From the IMG/VR virus record IMGVR_UViG_3300046557_000242, positions 1,593-65,592 of that record: DNA of 64,000 nucleotides, one strand, 5' to 3'. Of the stretch, positions 27,396 to 40,266 are shown piece by piece. The position numbers and the translations under genes are program-made. The stretch comes from a virus (Duplodnaviria > Caudoviricetes). The notes under the pieces are model-generated. The model did no database searches and was not told where the DNA came from. It worked only from the letters and a program-made list of their open reading frames with translations. Each line of letters starts with the position of its first letter. The stretch's first letter is position 1.

Positions 27396-27908
27396 ATGAG
27401 CAAGAGCAACAAGTCCAAAGACAAGTGGATGCTGTTCAGAAAGAAATTCCTGGACGGCATCGGAGCAGTTCTGGTTCCGCACGCCGGATACGACATCGAG
27501 CTGTTTGAACGGTTTCCTGAGGATGTCCCGCTCCGCATTCAGCTCGCCCAACCCCGAAGCGGGCCGCGACATCGCCTCTATAGGGTGTCGCTGCGGATCA
27601 TCGTGAACAACACTGACAAGTTCACAACCGATGACGCCCTCCACAAGACGTTGCTGCTTGCCTGCAACGTGACGGAGCCCATCCTCACCACCGAGGGCGA
27701 GTTCATCTACGTCCCCTCCTCCACGGCGTTCGATGCCATGCCGGAAGAGGAGTTCAAGATCTACTTCGACCGGGCGATGGGAATCGTCGCGTCGGTCATC
27801 ATCCCCGGGCTCGATCTCGACGAGCTGCTGAAGGAGGCCCGGGCCCAGTCCAACTACAAGGACGCCGCCAACGACAACGACGAGCGTTCCAGCCAAGAGG
27901 TTGCGTAA
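27396..27908 (+). CDS. DUF1367-like phage protein
   Basis: PRSGPRHRLY...PSSTAFDAM.EEEF..YF. Confidence 0.65.
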   Translation: MSKSNKSKDKWMLFRKKFLDGIGAVLVPHAGYDIELFERFPEDVPLRIQLAQPRSGPRHRLYRVSLRIIVNNTDKFTTDDALHKTLLLACNVTEPILTTEGEFIYVPSSTAFDAMPEEEFKIYFDRAMGIVASVIIPGLDLDELLKEARAQSNYKDAANDNDERSSQEVA

Positions 27909-28354
27909 TGAAGTTGCTGACCAAGCTCTCGAACCTGTTACGAGGGGTCGGGAAGAACGAAAAGCCGCAGCAAGACCCGTGGTTCGGCCGCTATCTCGAT
28001 GAAGATGGCGTCGTTGCCGACGTGCTCAAGCGCGTCAGTGGCGACCCGGTCGCTGTAAAGCACTGGCTCGACCCGTGGAGCTGGCGCTTCCCGCCGCTCG
28101 GCGACAGGCAGATGCCGTTCGCGCCGAAAGTTGAGGTGCCAGAGCACGCCGGCTGCCTGCTGTTCGCACCCATGTCGATCCGCAATTACTACGGCCTGTG
28201 GCACGCCAACAACCCGCATACGGCGGCGGAGGATGCCGAGGTGACGGATGGCGTCATCACCGATCCTCGGCACCCGGACAACTTCTCCGGCCGCGTCATC
28301 GCCAGGGTCAAGGCGGAGCTGGCAGCGCGCTTCCCCAGGCGGGAGGCGGCGTGA
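27908..28354 (+). CDS. Hypothetical protein
   Basis: IRNYYGLW...HPDNFS motif. Confidence 0.65.
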   Translation: MKLLTKLSNLLRGVGKNEKPQQDPWFGRYLDEDGVVADVLKRVSGDPVAVKHWLDPWSWRFPPLGDRQMPFAPKVEVPEHAGCLLFAPMSIRNYYGLWHANNPHTAAEDAEVTDGVITDPRHPDNFSGRVIARVKAELAARFPRREAA

Positions 28355-28489
28355 AGTTCTACCGCCCGATCATCTGCACGCCGGGTGGGTTCTGGGGCGG
28401 CAGCTTCTGCTGCATCGCCCCGTCCCTCAAGGAGGCATTCAAGATGCTGGAACGTCGCATCGACAACGGCAAGATCCAGTGGAGGCCCT

Positions 28490-28753
28490 ATGCAAAACGC
28501 TGACGTCATCGCCAAGCAGTGCGTTGAGCAGATCAATTTCCACACGCTCAACAAATGGCCGATCGAGGATGCCGGCATTCTGCTCACTACGCCAAAGGGC
28601 TGGAAGGCGCCGCCGCGGTTTCCGCGTGGCCGACTGAACATCGTCAAGGACGACGGGACCAGGGTCTGGTGGTTCAAGGCCGTGAACGTCCTCGCCTACC
28701 TGATGGGTAACAACCTAACCACAATCAAGATCGAGATGAAGAGCCTGAAATGA
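28490..28753 (+). CDS. Hypothetical protein
   Basis: GGAGG RBS, coupled. Confidence 0.6.
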   Translation: MQNADVIAKQCVEQINFHTLNKWPIEDAGILLTTPKGWKAPPRFPRGRLNIVKDDGTRVWWFKAVNVLAYLMGNNLTTIKIEMKSLK

Positions 28754-29298
28754 CCATCGAGCTAAAACTGGATGCCAATGGCATCGACAAGCTGTTCGCC
28801 GGCGCCGACGCCAAGCTGCGGTTGCAGAATGCCGTCATCGCCGAGATCTGCAAGCGCCTGTTCACCAACTGGATCGACAAGGACGTCGTCAAGCTGATCG
28901 ACAATGCCTTCAGCTCAGAGTCCGGATCGCTCGCAAAGATGCTTTTCGAAAACGAGAACATGAAGGCTCAGTTCGAGAAGCTGTTCAACGACGGCATAGC
29001 CCAGATCAAGAAGGACGCCTGGTCTGGCAACGTCAGTGTCAAGCTGAAGCCTGAGGCGAAGGTCGCCCTGGACAAGGCGCTGAAGGAGCAGTGCGACGAC
29101 CTTATGAAGCAGTATGCCGTAACGGGCGAGCAGATGATCCAGGCCGCAGCTCAGGCCGCGTTCGAGCGCGTCCAGGAGAAAGCTATGGCCAACATCGACG
29201 CGCAGATCAACCGCAAGGTCAGTTCGATCACCATGAACGAGATCGACCGGAAGGTCACGGCTGCGATGGACATCGTGCTGAAGGTCGCAAAGGCATGA
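28750..29298 (+). CDS. Helical hypothetical protein
   Basis: 182 aa, ATGA overlaps. Confidence 0.7.
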   Translation: MTIELKLDANGIDKLFAGADAKLRLQNAVIAEICKRLFTNWIDKDVVKLIDNAFSSESGSLAKMLFENENMKAQFEKLFNDGIAQIKKDAWSGNVSVKLKPEAKVALDKALKEQCDDLMKQYAVTGEQMIQAAAQAAFERVQEKAMANIDAQINRKVSSITMNEIDRKVTAAMDIVLKVAKA

Positions 29299-29738
29299 AC
29301 CCGAAGCTTCTCCCCACCACGCCGCATGGCATGGTCGACCGCCTCGGCGAGGAAGCCGGCGAGGTCGTCGAGGTCATCGGCAGAGTCCTGCGCGCCAATG
29401 GCAAGATCGGCCGGTTCGGCTTCGAGAGCGCTCACCCGAAGGGTGGCCCGAACAATGCAGCCCTCCTCCTGTCGGAAATGGCGGACCTGCGTCACGCCAT
29501 CTCCACGATCGAGAACTCGATCACCGACCTGGCCAAGATCAGGGTCGGCAACACAGATCTGATCTGGACCACGGATCTCGTGCCGGCCAAAGAGCTGCGC
29601 GAGCTGTACGAGGAAGAGGACGTGACCGACGAGGACTTCCTGGCGGCCAATAAGATGATCGCCGTGTGCGATGGTCAGTGGCACCGAGAAGGCCTGGACT
29701 ATCGGTTCTATCTGGACCCGGAGAGGCGCGATGGCTGA
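29295..29738 (+). CDS. MazG-like NTP pyrophosphohydrolase domain protein
   Basis: LGEEAGEV...K..RFG...EMADL. Confidence 0.6.
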   Translation: MNPKLLPTTPHGMVDRLGEEAGEVVEVIGRVLRANGKIGRFGFESAHPKGGPNNAALLLSEMADLRHAISTIENSITDLAKIRVGNTDLIWTTDLVPAKELRELYEEEDVTDEDFLAANKMIAVCDGQWHREGLDYRFYLDPERRDG

Positions 29739-29913
29739 GGCAGGTCTCGACGATTGGGCGAGCTGGCGATGCGGCAAGAACCCGTTCGTCTATTGCCCGC
29801 CGGAAGGTTGCCCTAAGAGCTACGGATGCGCTCGGGAACAGGGCTGGAAGCCGGGTGAACCCACCCCTGACGGCTGTCTCGGGAGAGTGCCACTTCCCCT
29901 CCCGGAACCCTAA
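29731..29913 (+). CDS. Small Cys-rich hypothetical protein
   Basis: Coupled short ORF. Confidence 0.45.
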   Translation: MAEAGLDDWASWRCGKNPFVYCPPEGCPKSYGCAREQGWKPGEPTPDGCLGRVPLPLPEP

Positions 29914-29929
29914 ACATTTGCTTGACCTT

Positions 29930-29943
29930 TTGCTTGAATGCAA
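29930..29943 (+). promoter_or_regulatory. TTGC-box
   Basis: Exact consensus plus downstream ATGCAA. Confidence 0.8.
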
Positions 29944-29950
29944 ATAGGAA

Positions 29951-30448
29951 ATGCAAATGACCAGCGTCCTCGATCTTGCCCCACCTACCGGCTTCCGGAA
30001 GGCCATTCCGGTCACCGTGAAATTGGAGGTGGTGATCAGACAGCACAGCCTCTGCACCCAGTGCGGTGAGCGGCTGGGCAAGCTCGACGACACGCAATTC
30101 GACCACGTCCCCGCCATCCAGTTGCGATGCTGGGACGCTGAGGCCAAGGACGTAACTCCGCGATCAAACGATCCCGAGTTCATCTTTGCAAAGCACACAG
30201 ATTGCCACGCCAAGAAGACGTTCGGCTCCCGCGAGGAGCTGACCCGTGGCGACGTGCAAGAGATCGCCCGCACCAAGCGGATCGCCAAAGACACCGAAGA
30301 GTTCAGACGTCGAATGCTGGCCAAGGGTGACCCGGAAGCGGAGCCCCCTGCGCCTAAGCGACGCAAAAAGGAGTGGCCCAAGCGGCCATTCCAGAAACGG
30401 GGCAAGAAAGATGCGCAATCACGTTCGAGAGGTGAAGAAGGTAGCTGA
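29951..30448 (+). CDS. HNH-like endonuclease
   Basis: CTQCG, FDH, N, CHAKKT. Confidence 0.7.
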   Translation: MQMTSVLDLAPPTGFRKAIPVTVKLEVVIRQHSLCTQCGERLGKLDDTQFDHVPAIQLRCWDAEAKDVTPRSNDPEFIFAKHTDCHAKKTFGSREELTRGDVQEIARTKRIAKDTEEFRRRMLAKGDPEAEPPAPKRRKKEWPKRPFQKRGKKDAQSRSRGEEGS

Positions 30449-30632
30449 GGAGCTGAAGGATGCGGGGGAGATCGAAGCCTTCACATTCGGCCGCGACAAG
30501 AAGCACCACCTCATAGAATTTCGGGTCAGGGGAAAATGGTTGTCGGTGCCGGTCGCTGTATCGCCGCGGACTCCTTACTCGTCCAACTACGCACGACAAC
30601 AGATCAGACGTCGCATCAGAGACATGTCGTGA
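30411..30632 (+). CDS. Small basic protein, HicA-like fold possible
   Basis: KHHLIEF...VPVA.SP. Confidence 0.5.
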   Translation: MRNHVREVKKVAEELKDAGEIEAFTFGRDKKHHLIEFRVRGKWLSVPVAVSPRTPYSSNYARQQIRRRIRDMS

Positions 30633-30635
30633 CGC

Positions 30636-30649
30636 TTGCTTGAATGCAA
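30636..30649 (+). promoter_or_regulatory. TTGC-box
   Basis: Exact consensus before AAGGAG. Confidence 0.8.
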
Positions 30650-30664
30650 AAGGAGAGAGTACCA

Positions 30665-30997
30665 ATGGAAGTCAGAACCACCCAGGACGGTCTGCTGCGA
30701 GCCTTCGGCCTGTTGATGGGCCAGCAGCGCACCGTCAAGCAGAAGCGGACCTACAGCTCGATCGGCAACACGATCCACGCAGCCCGCTGCCTGCGTAAGG
30801 ACGAGGCAGCCGCCGTCGACGCCATCGTCGGCAAGCTCAATGCGATCGACCCCAACGACAAGGATAACAAGGAAGCGATCGAGGCCCTCTTCAAGGAGCT
30901 GGGCAAGCATCCGATCCGCTTCGTGCCGAGGAAGCGCGAGCAGCGCATCGATTTCTCGAAGACCTACCCCTACCGCTCCACGAAGCGAGGCGGGTGA
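30665..30997 (+). CDS. Hypothetical protein
   Basis: ORF with RBS. Confidence 0.6.
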   Translation: MEVRTTQDGLLRAFGLLMGQQRTVKQKRTYSSIGNTIHAARCLRKDEAAAVDAIVGKLNAIDPNDKDNKEAIEALFKELGKHPIRFVPRKREQRIDFSKTYPYRSTKRGG

Positions 30998-31281
30998 TGC
31001 AGGTCCGCGGCACGCTGAAGAAGGCCCAGCGCGTCTCCATCCCGGGCGGCGGTTTCTCGCTGCGCGGCACGATCTGGAGCGACATCAAGAGCCAGTATAG
31101 CGACGGCTGGTTCATCTACACCGCGAAGGTGGTGGAGGAGATCGAGCCGAACGTCTTCCGGACCGCGACCGGCAACATCTACCGCATTGAAACCTGGGCG
31201 CCGCCGTCAAAGCCGACGTCCGACTACGACCCGCTCCCGCCGGACTGGCCGTACTGCGTTTTCCTCCCGAAAGACGAGTGA
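30994..31281 (+). CDS. Hypothetical protein
   Basis: Coupled ORF. Confidence 0.6.
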   Translation: MMQVRGTLKKAQRVSIPGGGFSLRGTIWSDIKSQYSDGWFIYTAKVVEEIEPNVFRTATGNIYRIETWAPPSKPTSDYDPLPPDWPYCVFLPKDE

Positions 31282-31285
31282 CTGA

Positions 31286-34765
<3,480 letters not shown>

Positions 34766-34865
34766 GGTGGCACAAGCCTGACGCCGACGTGCTGAAGTGG
34801 ACGGCGGTTTTTGCCGTTTGGTGCTTCTGCGCCTACGGCATCGCCCGCTGCATTGCGGGTCACTG

Positions 34866-35162
34866 ATGCACCTGTTCGTCGCCAAGAGGAACAAGCGCCT
34901 CTGGATCATCGACAAGGAAACGGATCAGGCGGTCTACACGCCGCCTGATTTCGTCTCCCTCCCGTCGAGGATTCCCCTCCACTCTCTGGCGTTCGACCTC
35001 ATGAGGCTCGGCCGCCGTGACATCAACCGTATCGCAGCATTCGAATGGGAGTTCAGTAAGCGAAATGTTCTCCGAACTCGAAATTGTGGATCGGTGCCTG
35101 TTACTGTTCAAGAAGCCCGGAAGGTGGACGCAGAAGAGCTGCGCACGGGATGGGCGTGGTAA
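34866..35162 (+). CDS. Hypothetical protein
   Basis: TGATG coupling. Confidence 0.5.
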   Translation: MHLFVAKRNKRLWIIDKETDQAVYTPPDFVSLPSRIPLHSLAFDLMRLGRRDINRIAAFEWEFSKRNVLRTRNCGSVPVTVQEARKVDAEELRTGWAW

Positions 35163-35394
35163 GCCGGTCCCCGTATTCAGCAAAGAGGCTCGCTCCTTCG
35201 ACATTGAGGGGGCGATCCGACGAGCTGCTGGTGAAGAAGATCGAGGCGCGTATGCGCGCTTCGTCCCATTAATCAAAGGTCAGCTGGGCAAGCACCCGTT
35301 CGACTGGAACGACCAGACGGGCCGTTGTCAAAAGGATGTGGTCCGCATGTTCGAGGATCTGGCTGACGAGTTCCGTTTTAAGGAGGCATCATGA
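35065..35394 (+). CDS. Conserved phage hypothetical protein
   Basis: P.RWTQ...ARD...GAI...WND..GR...V motif. Confidence 0.6.
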   Translation: MFSELEIVDRCLLLFKKPGRWTQKSCARDGRGKPVPVFSKEARSFDIEGAIRRAAGEEDRGAYARFVPLIKGQLGKHPFDWNDQTGRCQKDVVRMFEDLADEFRFKEAS

Positions 35395-35801
35395 CCGTAG
35401 CGAACGACAACTTTACAGAGGCTGACCTGATCGAACTGGAAAGATCGGTCAACGCCCTGGTGGCTATCTGCCACAAGATGAACAAGCACTGGTGGATCGA
35501 CCCGATCACCGGAGAAGACCTTCGCCAGAAAGACCTGATCGTCCCCACCAAGCTGCTGCTGACGGTCAGCGAGATCTGCGAGGCGATGGAGGCCGACCGC
35601 AAGGATCTGATGGACGACAAGCTGCCTCACCGCAAGGGACTCGAGGTCGAGCTTGCCGACGCCCTGATCCGGATCGGTGACCTGGGTGGAGCCCTGACGC
35701 TCAATCTCGGTGCCGCCGCCCGTGAGAAGTCTGCCTTCAACTTGGTTCGACCCGACCACAAGGCGGAGAACCGGGTCAAGAAGGGTGGAAAAAAGTACTG
35801 A
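35391..35801 (+). CDS. MazG/dimeric dUTPase-like nucleotide pyrophosphohydrolase
   Basis: SEICEAMEADRK...EVELADALIRI.D. Confidence 0.8.
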   Translation: MTVANDNFTEADLIELERSVNALVAICHKMNKHWWIDPITGEDLRQKDLIVPTKLLLTVSEICEAMEADRKDLMDDKLPHRKGLEVELADALIRIGDLGGALTLNLGAAAREKSAFNLVRPDHKAENRVKKGGKKY

Positions 35802-35829
35802 GACAGCAAGTTTTCGCTTGCTTTCTCGT

Positions 35830-35843
35830 GTGCTTGAATGCAA
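35830..35843 (+). promoter_or_regulatory. TTGC-box variant
   Basis: GTGCTTGAATGCAA plus downstream TGCAA. Confidence 0.75.
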
Positions 35844-35867
35844 ATACTACTGCAAAGGAGAAGACCA

Positions 35868-36257
35868 TTGGACTTGAATGAAGCAGAGAAGAAGGCCATC
35901 GATCTGGTGCTCAGTGAGATCGGCCTGCAGAACAAGATGTGGGGTCAGGCGAACGAAAGAGCGGACATCTCTCAGGGACAGCTCTTCGCTGGCGGTTTCG
36001 CTCAGCTCGAAGCCACCTTCGATCGCCGCTTCGGCTGGGATTTTGCCTTCAAGGCCGTCCCCGACACCTATCCGAAGGACTGGAGCGGCTTCCGCAGCTA
36101 TGGCGGCGACATCCCGAACATCGTCGTCGGCGTCGCCTTCCTGGTCCAGGAGATCAAGCGCCTGCTGATGAACGGCGAAGACCCGACCCGCCTCGCCCGG
36201 ACCGCAGAGCAGCCCTACAACCCGGCAACGGGTCTGCCCAACCCCATCGAGACGTAA
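35868..36257 (+). CDS. Hypothetical protein
   Basis: TTG start after AAGGAG. Confidence 0.65.
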   Translation: MDLNEAEKKAIDLVLSEIGLQNKMWGQANERADISQGQLFAGGFAQLEATFDRRFGWDFAFKAVPDTYPKDWSGFRSYGGDIPNIVVGVAFLVQEIKRLLMNGEDPTRLARTAEQPYNPATGLPNPIET

Positions 36258-36258
36258 G

Positions 36259-36372
36259 ATGTACGGCGTCTTCCTCGCCAACCACATCCTCGACGGTCTC
36301 GGCCTCTACCTGGTCGTCACCGTCGCCGTCAAAATCGCCCGCGGTTACCCGCTCCACCGCTGGTTCTTTTAG
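36259..36372 (+). CDS. Small membrane peptide (37 aa)
   Basis: MYGVFLANHILDGLGLYLVVTVAVKIARG...; below ORF-track cutoff. Confidence 0.45.
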   Translation: MYGVFLANHILDGLGLYLVVTVAVKIARGYPLHRWFF

Positions 36373-36383
36373 TCACCTCGCGT

Positions 36384-36397
36384 TTGTTTGAATGCAA
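36384..36397 (+). promoter_or_regulatory. TTGC-box variant
   Basis: TTGTTTGAATGCAA. Confidence 0.75.
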
Positions 36398-36430
36398 CGC
36401 CTGCAAATGCAGGCTCCAAAGGAGAACTAC

Positions 36431-37318
36431 ATGAAGAAATTCTTCCTGATCGCGGCGCTCGCCCTCGTCGGCGCGCTCACGATGTCGGCGCCCTCCCACG
36501 CCCAGGCTGCGAAGTTCCGGCTCTGCACCGGCAACTCCGAGCTGAACTACGCCAAGGCCGGCCACTACCTGAAGCAGCGCGCTCAGAACGTGGACGTCGT
36601 CTACACGAAGGGCTCGATCGACAACCTCGACAAGATCGTGGCCGGCGAGTGCGACGGCGGCTTCGTCCAGTCCGACGCGCTGATGGTCTATTCCAGCCGC
36701 AACGCCAAGGCGATCTCGACGCTGGAGCGTGCCGGCGTGCTCTACCAGGAGCAGGTCCACATGATCTGCAACCGCAAGTACGACCTCGGTCGCATGGTGA
36801 ACCTCAAGAAGGACATGACCATCGCAGTCGGCGTCGACGGCTCCGGCGGCAACACGACCTGGGCCGCCTTCGTCATGGCGGACAAGGATCGCTACGGCAA
36901 GGTCAGCACGTCGCCGCTCTCGGGTGACCGCATGCTCTCGGCAGTCGCTGACGGTTCGCTGGTCCAGTGCGGCCTGATCGTCACGGCGCTGAATGCTCCG
37001 TTTATCAAGAACGAAGTGCAGAAGGCCGGCGACACGGTGATCCTGGTGGGCACCGACGACCGCGACATGACCAAGACGGCGAAGGACGCTCGCGGCCAGG
37101 CTGTCTACACCTACGGTGAGATCCCCGCGGACACCTACCCGCGCATCCAGCCGTCCGGCACGGTCTACGGCACGAAGTCGGTTGGCACGGTCCAGGTCGA
37201 CGCGGTGTTCGTCGCCAACGTCGATTGGATCAACGCTCACGAGGACGACTACAACAAGATCCTCCGTGGCTTCAACGCTGCCAAGCCCGACATCCAGAAG
37301 CTCGCGAAGCCCCAGTAA
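36431..37318 (+). CDS. TAXI-family TRAP transporter solute-binding protein
   Basis: Signal peptide; TG...NY, TKGSIDNL, VQSD, LYQEQVH, GSGG..T. Confidence 0.8.
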   Translation: MKKFFLIAALALVGALTMSAPSHAQAAKFRLCTGNSELNYAKAGHYLKQRAQNVDVVYTKGSIDNLDKIVAGECDGGFVQSDALMVYSSRNAKAISTLERAGVLYQEQVHMICNRKYDLGRMVNLKKDMTIAVGVDGSGGNTTWAAFVMADKDRYGKVSTSPLSGDRMLSAVADGSLVQCGLIVTALNAPFIKNEVQKAGDTVILVGTDDRDMTKTAKDARGQAVYTYGEIPADTYPRIQPSGTVYGTKSVGTVQVDAVFVANVDWINAHEDDYNKILRGFNAAKPDIQKLAKPQ

Positions 37319-37354
37319 TAGCAACGGATTGTATGGATAGAATCCATGCAATGC

Positions 37355-37381
37355 CCCCGGCGTCTAATTTGGACGCCGGGG
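37355..37381. terminator. Strong hairpin after TAXI gene
   Basis: CCCCGGCGTC/GACGCCGGGG; second hairpin at 37328-37352. Confidence 0.6.
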
Positions 37382-37430
37382 CAGTTCCGGTAGACGCCTT
37401 TTGATTTGGAAATTTTTCGGAGTGCCTACG

Positions 37431-37919
37431 ATGTCAGATAAGCAGAATACAGATCAAGAGATGCTCTCGTTCATCAGCGAGGCGCGTAAGTTCCTCAAGT
37501 TCGTCCAGAACCCCGAGTGGTCAGGCTCGGCTGAGCTGACTGACGACGAGCAGCTTGACGAGATGAAGACCCATCTCGCCAAGACCCGCGAACGATCCTC
37601 TCTCCCCGATAAGACCGTGATGCACTCGGTCCGCGACAGCGAGACCGGCCTGGTGCTGGCAATGACCGGCAACACGCCAGAGGCCGCCGAGCGCGCTCGC
37701 TTCCTGACGGGGCTGATGCGTTCGCTACCGCGCCTGCTTGGGGCGATCGAGGACTCGTTCGTCGATGCCGCGTTCGCGAATGAGCGCATCAAGGAGCTGA
37801 TCACGTCCAACAACGAGAAGCTTTTTGAAAACCGGGCTCAGCGCGACGACATCCGCCAGCTCAAGGCTCAGGTCGACCTGCTCCTGAAGGCAGTGCAGAT
37901 CCCGCCGGAGGCTGTGTGA
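37431..37919 (+). CDS. Hypothetical protein with C-terminal coiled coil
   Basis: GGAG RBS. Confidence 0.65.
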   Translation: MSDKQNTDQEMLSFISEARKFLKFVQNPEWSGSAELTDDEQLDEMKTHLAKTRERSSLPDKTVMHSVRDSETGLVLAMTGNTPEAAERARFLTGLMRSLPRLLGAIEDSFVDAAFANERIKELITSNNEKLFENRAQRDDIRQLKAQVDLLLKAVQIPPEAV

Positions 37920-37920
37920 C

Positions 37921-38130
37921 ATGTCATCGGAATTGTCAAAAACCATCGTGAAATTCCTCCCGCCGGAGGACGTCGGTGAAGATCAGTCCGGCTGGTGGAT
38001 TCTTCACATGGAACCGCGAGACGACGGCGACATGGGGCCGAACGGCGAAGGGTACAGCTGGGACGCCGTTGGCCCATTCGACACTGAAGATGAAGCAAAG
38101 CGCATCCTGAAGGAGAATGCAAGCGCATGA
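37921..38130 (+). CDS. Hypothetical protein
   Basis: GPFDTEDEA motif. Confidence 0.6.
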   Translation: MSSELSKTIVKFLPPEDVGEDQSGWWILHMEPRDDGDMGPNGEGYSWDAVGPFDTEDEAKRILKENASA

Positions 38131-39104
38131 CAATCTCTGCAACGAAAATTTTGCACAGCATTTCGCCCGAGCAAATCGAACTGAAAACGGTACTTGCACG
38201 TTATCCGCGCTTCATCCATGCGGAAGAGCTGACGCACCGCGTTCTCAGCTCGACGCCCGACATGATCATCGAGATCAACGATGGCCTGATGTACGACCGC
38301 AATCTGTCACGGAACGCTTCCAGCTCCCGTGCGATCCCCGTGCAGCGGTTGATCGACGACATCCTGCGCGACACGGCGATGCCGATCCACTGGGGCAAGA
38401 ACCAGAAGGGCATGCAGGCGGACATCGAGCTGACGGACTACATCAAGAACCCCTTTGCGAATGATAATGTGCTGCTTGGATCGCTGCTGTCTCCGCAGCA
38501 GATGTGGTGCGAGGCGCGCGATCATGCCATCGCATTCGCAAACGCCTACGACCAAGCTGGCTACCACAAGCAGGTCGTCAACCGTCTGTTGGAGCCCTTC
38601 TCCCACATCAACGTCCTGATCACGGCGACGGACTGGGACAACTTCTTCGAGCTGCGCGACCACAAGGATGCCCAGCCCGAGATCCAGGCACTTGCAGTCG
38701 CGATCAAGGAGGCGTTTGCAGACAGCGTGCCGCAGCAATTGCAGCCGGGCCAGTGGCATTTGCCTTACGTGACCGAACACGAGCAGGAGTGGCTGGAGCT
38801 GGAGACCCAGAAGAAAATCTCTGTCGCCCGCTGCGCTCGCACCTCCTACCTGACGCATGAGGGTAAGCACCCCCTGATTCAGCAGGACCTCCGCCTGTTC
38901 AACGACCTGGTAGGAGCCCGGCCGCTGCACGCATCGCCGGCTGAGCACCAGGCAACGCCTGACGTCTACATCAAGGGTCACATTGGCCCCTATGGCGAAT
39001 ACCGGGTCGGCCGCTGGCAGGACCAGAGCCTGCACGGCAACTTCCGCGGCTGGCAACAGAACCGCAAATCCATCGAACGACAAATCTACAAAGAGGCAGC
39101 ATGA
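38127..39104 (+). CDS. thyX: Flavin-dependent thymidylate synthase
   Basis: YPRFIHAE..THR, SRNASSSRAIP, HKQVVNRLLEPF, LR...AQPEI, HASPAEH. Confidence 0.9.
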   Translation: MTISATKILHSISPEQIELKTVLARYPRFIHAEELTHRVLSSTPDMIIEINDGLMYDRNLSRNASSSRAIPVQRLIDDILRDTAMPIHWGKNQKGMQADIELTDYIKNPFANDNVLLGSLLSPQQMWCEARDHAIAFANAYDQAGYHKQVVNRLLEPFSHINVLITATDWDNFFELRDHKDAQPEIQALAVAIKEAFADSVPQQLQPGQWHLPYVTEHEQEWLELETQKKISVARCARTSYLTHEGKHPLIQQDLRLFNDLVGARPLHASPAEHQATPDVYIKGHIGPYGEYRVGRWQDQSLHGNFRGWQQNRKSIERQIYKEAA

Positions 39105-39424
39105 CCAAGATCGCCAACGCTTACTATTCGGCAGTTGTTGCCCACAAGGAAGTCGACGGTCTCTACCACGCGACCTACGGCATCCCGGGACACTCGCCGG
39201 AGTGGGTGCTTGGCAGGAACGGACAGCCGGAGACATTTCGAGATCACGATCAAGCGATGCTCGCCGGCTTCCGTCTGATGGTGGCTAAATTGAACCGAGC
39301 CCGACACGAGCAGGACTTCCGCGTGAAGGGACACCAACACGGCAACAAAACGACGAGGGTTTGGATCGCGCCGACAGATAGCCGCGAACCGACCGTCGAT
39401 CAGGTATTCGGAAAGAAGCAATGA
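39101..39424 (+). CDS. Hypothetical protein
   Basis: ATGA overlap. Confidence 0.65.
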   Translation: MTKIANAYYSAVVAHKEVDGLYHATYGIPGHSPEWVLGRNGQPETFRDHDQAMLAGFRLMVAKLNRARHEQDFRVKGHQHGNKTTRVWIAPTDSREPTVDQVFGKKQ

Positions 39425-39603
39425 GCAAGCAGCACTTCGTCAACTACACCATCAACGGGAAGCACTACCAGGTCGGCCCTTATGCTTCTCAGCCCGAAGC
39501 CGACACGCACTACCAAGACATCAAGAGCTACGCCGGTATCACCAACTGCTGGATTGGAAACACGCGGGACGCGAGCCGCATCCGACCCGGAGAGGCGCAA
39601 TGA
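39421..39603 (+). CDS. Hypothetical protein
   Basis: ATGA overlap. Confidence 0.55.
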   Translation: MSKQHFVNYTINGKHYQVGPYASQPEADTHYQDIKSYAGITNCWIGNTRDASRIRPGEAQ

Positions 39604-39881
39604 GTCTGACCGAGCAGTTGGAAGCCGCGAAGGCTGAGGTCGCCCGGCTCGAACGGATCGCGGCGACCGCCACCTGCCGGGAGCTGGGCTGCGACATGCA
39701 GACGTTCGGCGGCTGCTGCGCCAGCTGCGACGACAGGAAGGACACCTGCATCTGTTCGGTGCCGGTCCATAAATGCACCCGCTGCGGCGACTGTGACTAT
39801 GGTGAGAACGAGGAAGCAGAGCGGATCAGGGCCGATTGCAAGCGGATCCGTGATCCGCTCTTTGAGACAGCCGATGCCTGA
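39600..39881 (+). CDS. Cys-rich hypothetical protein
   Basis: About 11 Cys, including CTRCGDCDYG. Confidence 0.65.
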   Translation: MSLTEQLEAAKAEVARLERIAATATCRELGCDMQTFGGCCASCDDRKDTCICSVPVHKCTRCGDCDYGENEEAERIRADCKRIRDPLFETADA

Positions 39882-40266
39882 GTACGCAAACGACAACGCG
39901 GTCCAGACCGACATCGGCGTGATCAGAAGAGACACGCCGCTGCGGCTGGAAGTTGCCGCTCGACTCGCCTTTCCGGACGGGTCTATGAAACTGGCGAGCC
40001 TACGTCGCGAGATCGCTCGCGGTCGGCTCACCTACGAAGTGATCGCGGGCAAGCACTACACCACGCTCGCCAACATCGAGGCTATGAGAGAGTTATGTCG
40101 CGTAACAGCAAAGGCCCCCGTCTCTACAAGCGACCTTCCCGACGCGAGGGCGGCAAATTCAAACCTGCGATGTGGGTCGTCCGAGATAAGCAAAAGGTCG
40201 TCTCCACAGGAATTGCTGCGGGAGCGGATGAGACTGCGCCGCCAATCGAGGCAGAGCAGTTCCTGA
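39874..40266 (+). CDS. Excisionase-like protein
   Basis: LRLEVAA...LRREIARGRL...IAGKHYTT; overlaps integrase start. Confidence 0.7.
   Translation: MPEYANDNAVQTDIGVIRRDTPLRLEVAARLAFPDGSMKLASLRREIARGRLTYEVIAGKHYTTLANIEAMRELCRVTAKAPVSTSDLPDARAANSNLRCGSSEISKRSSPQELLRERMRLRRQSRQSSS

Noticed and set aside
30411-30632. HicAB toxin-antitoxin system
   Set aside because: HicA similarity is weak and no HicB-like partner is adjacent.
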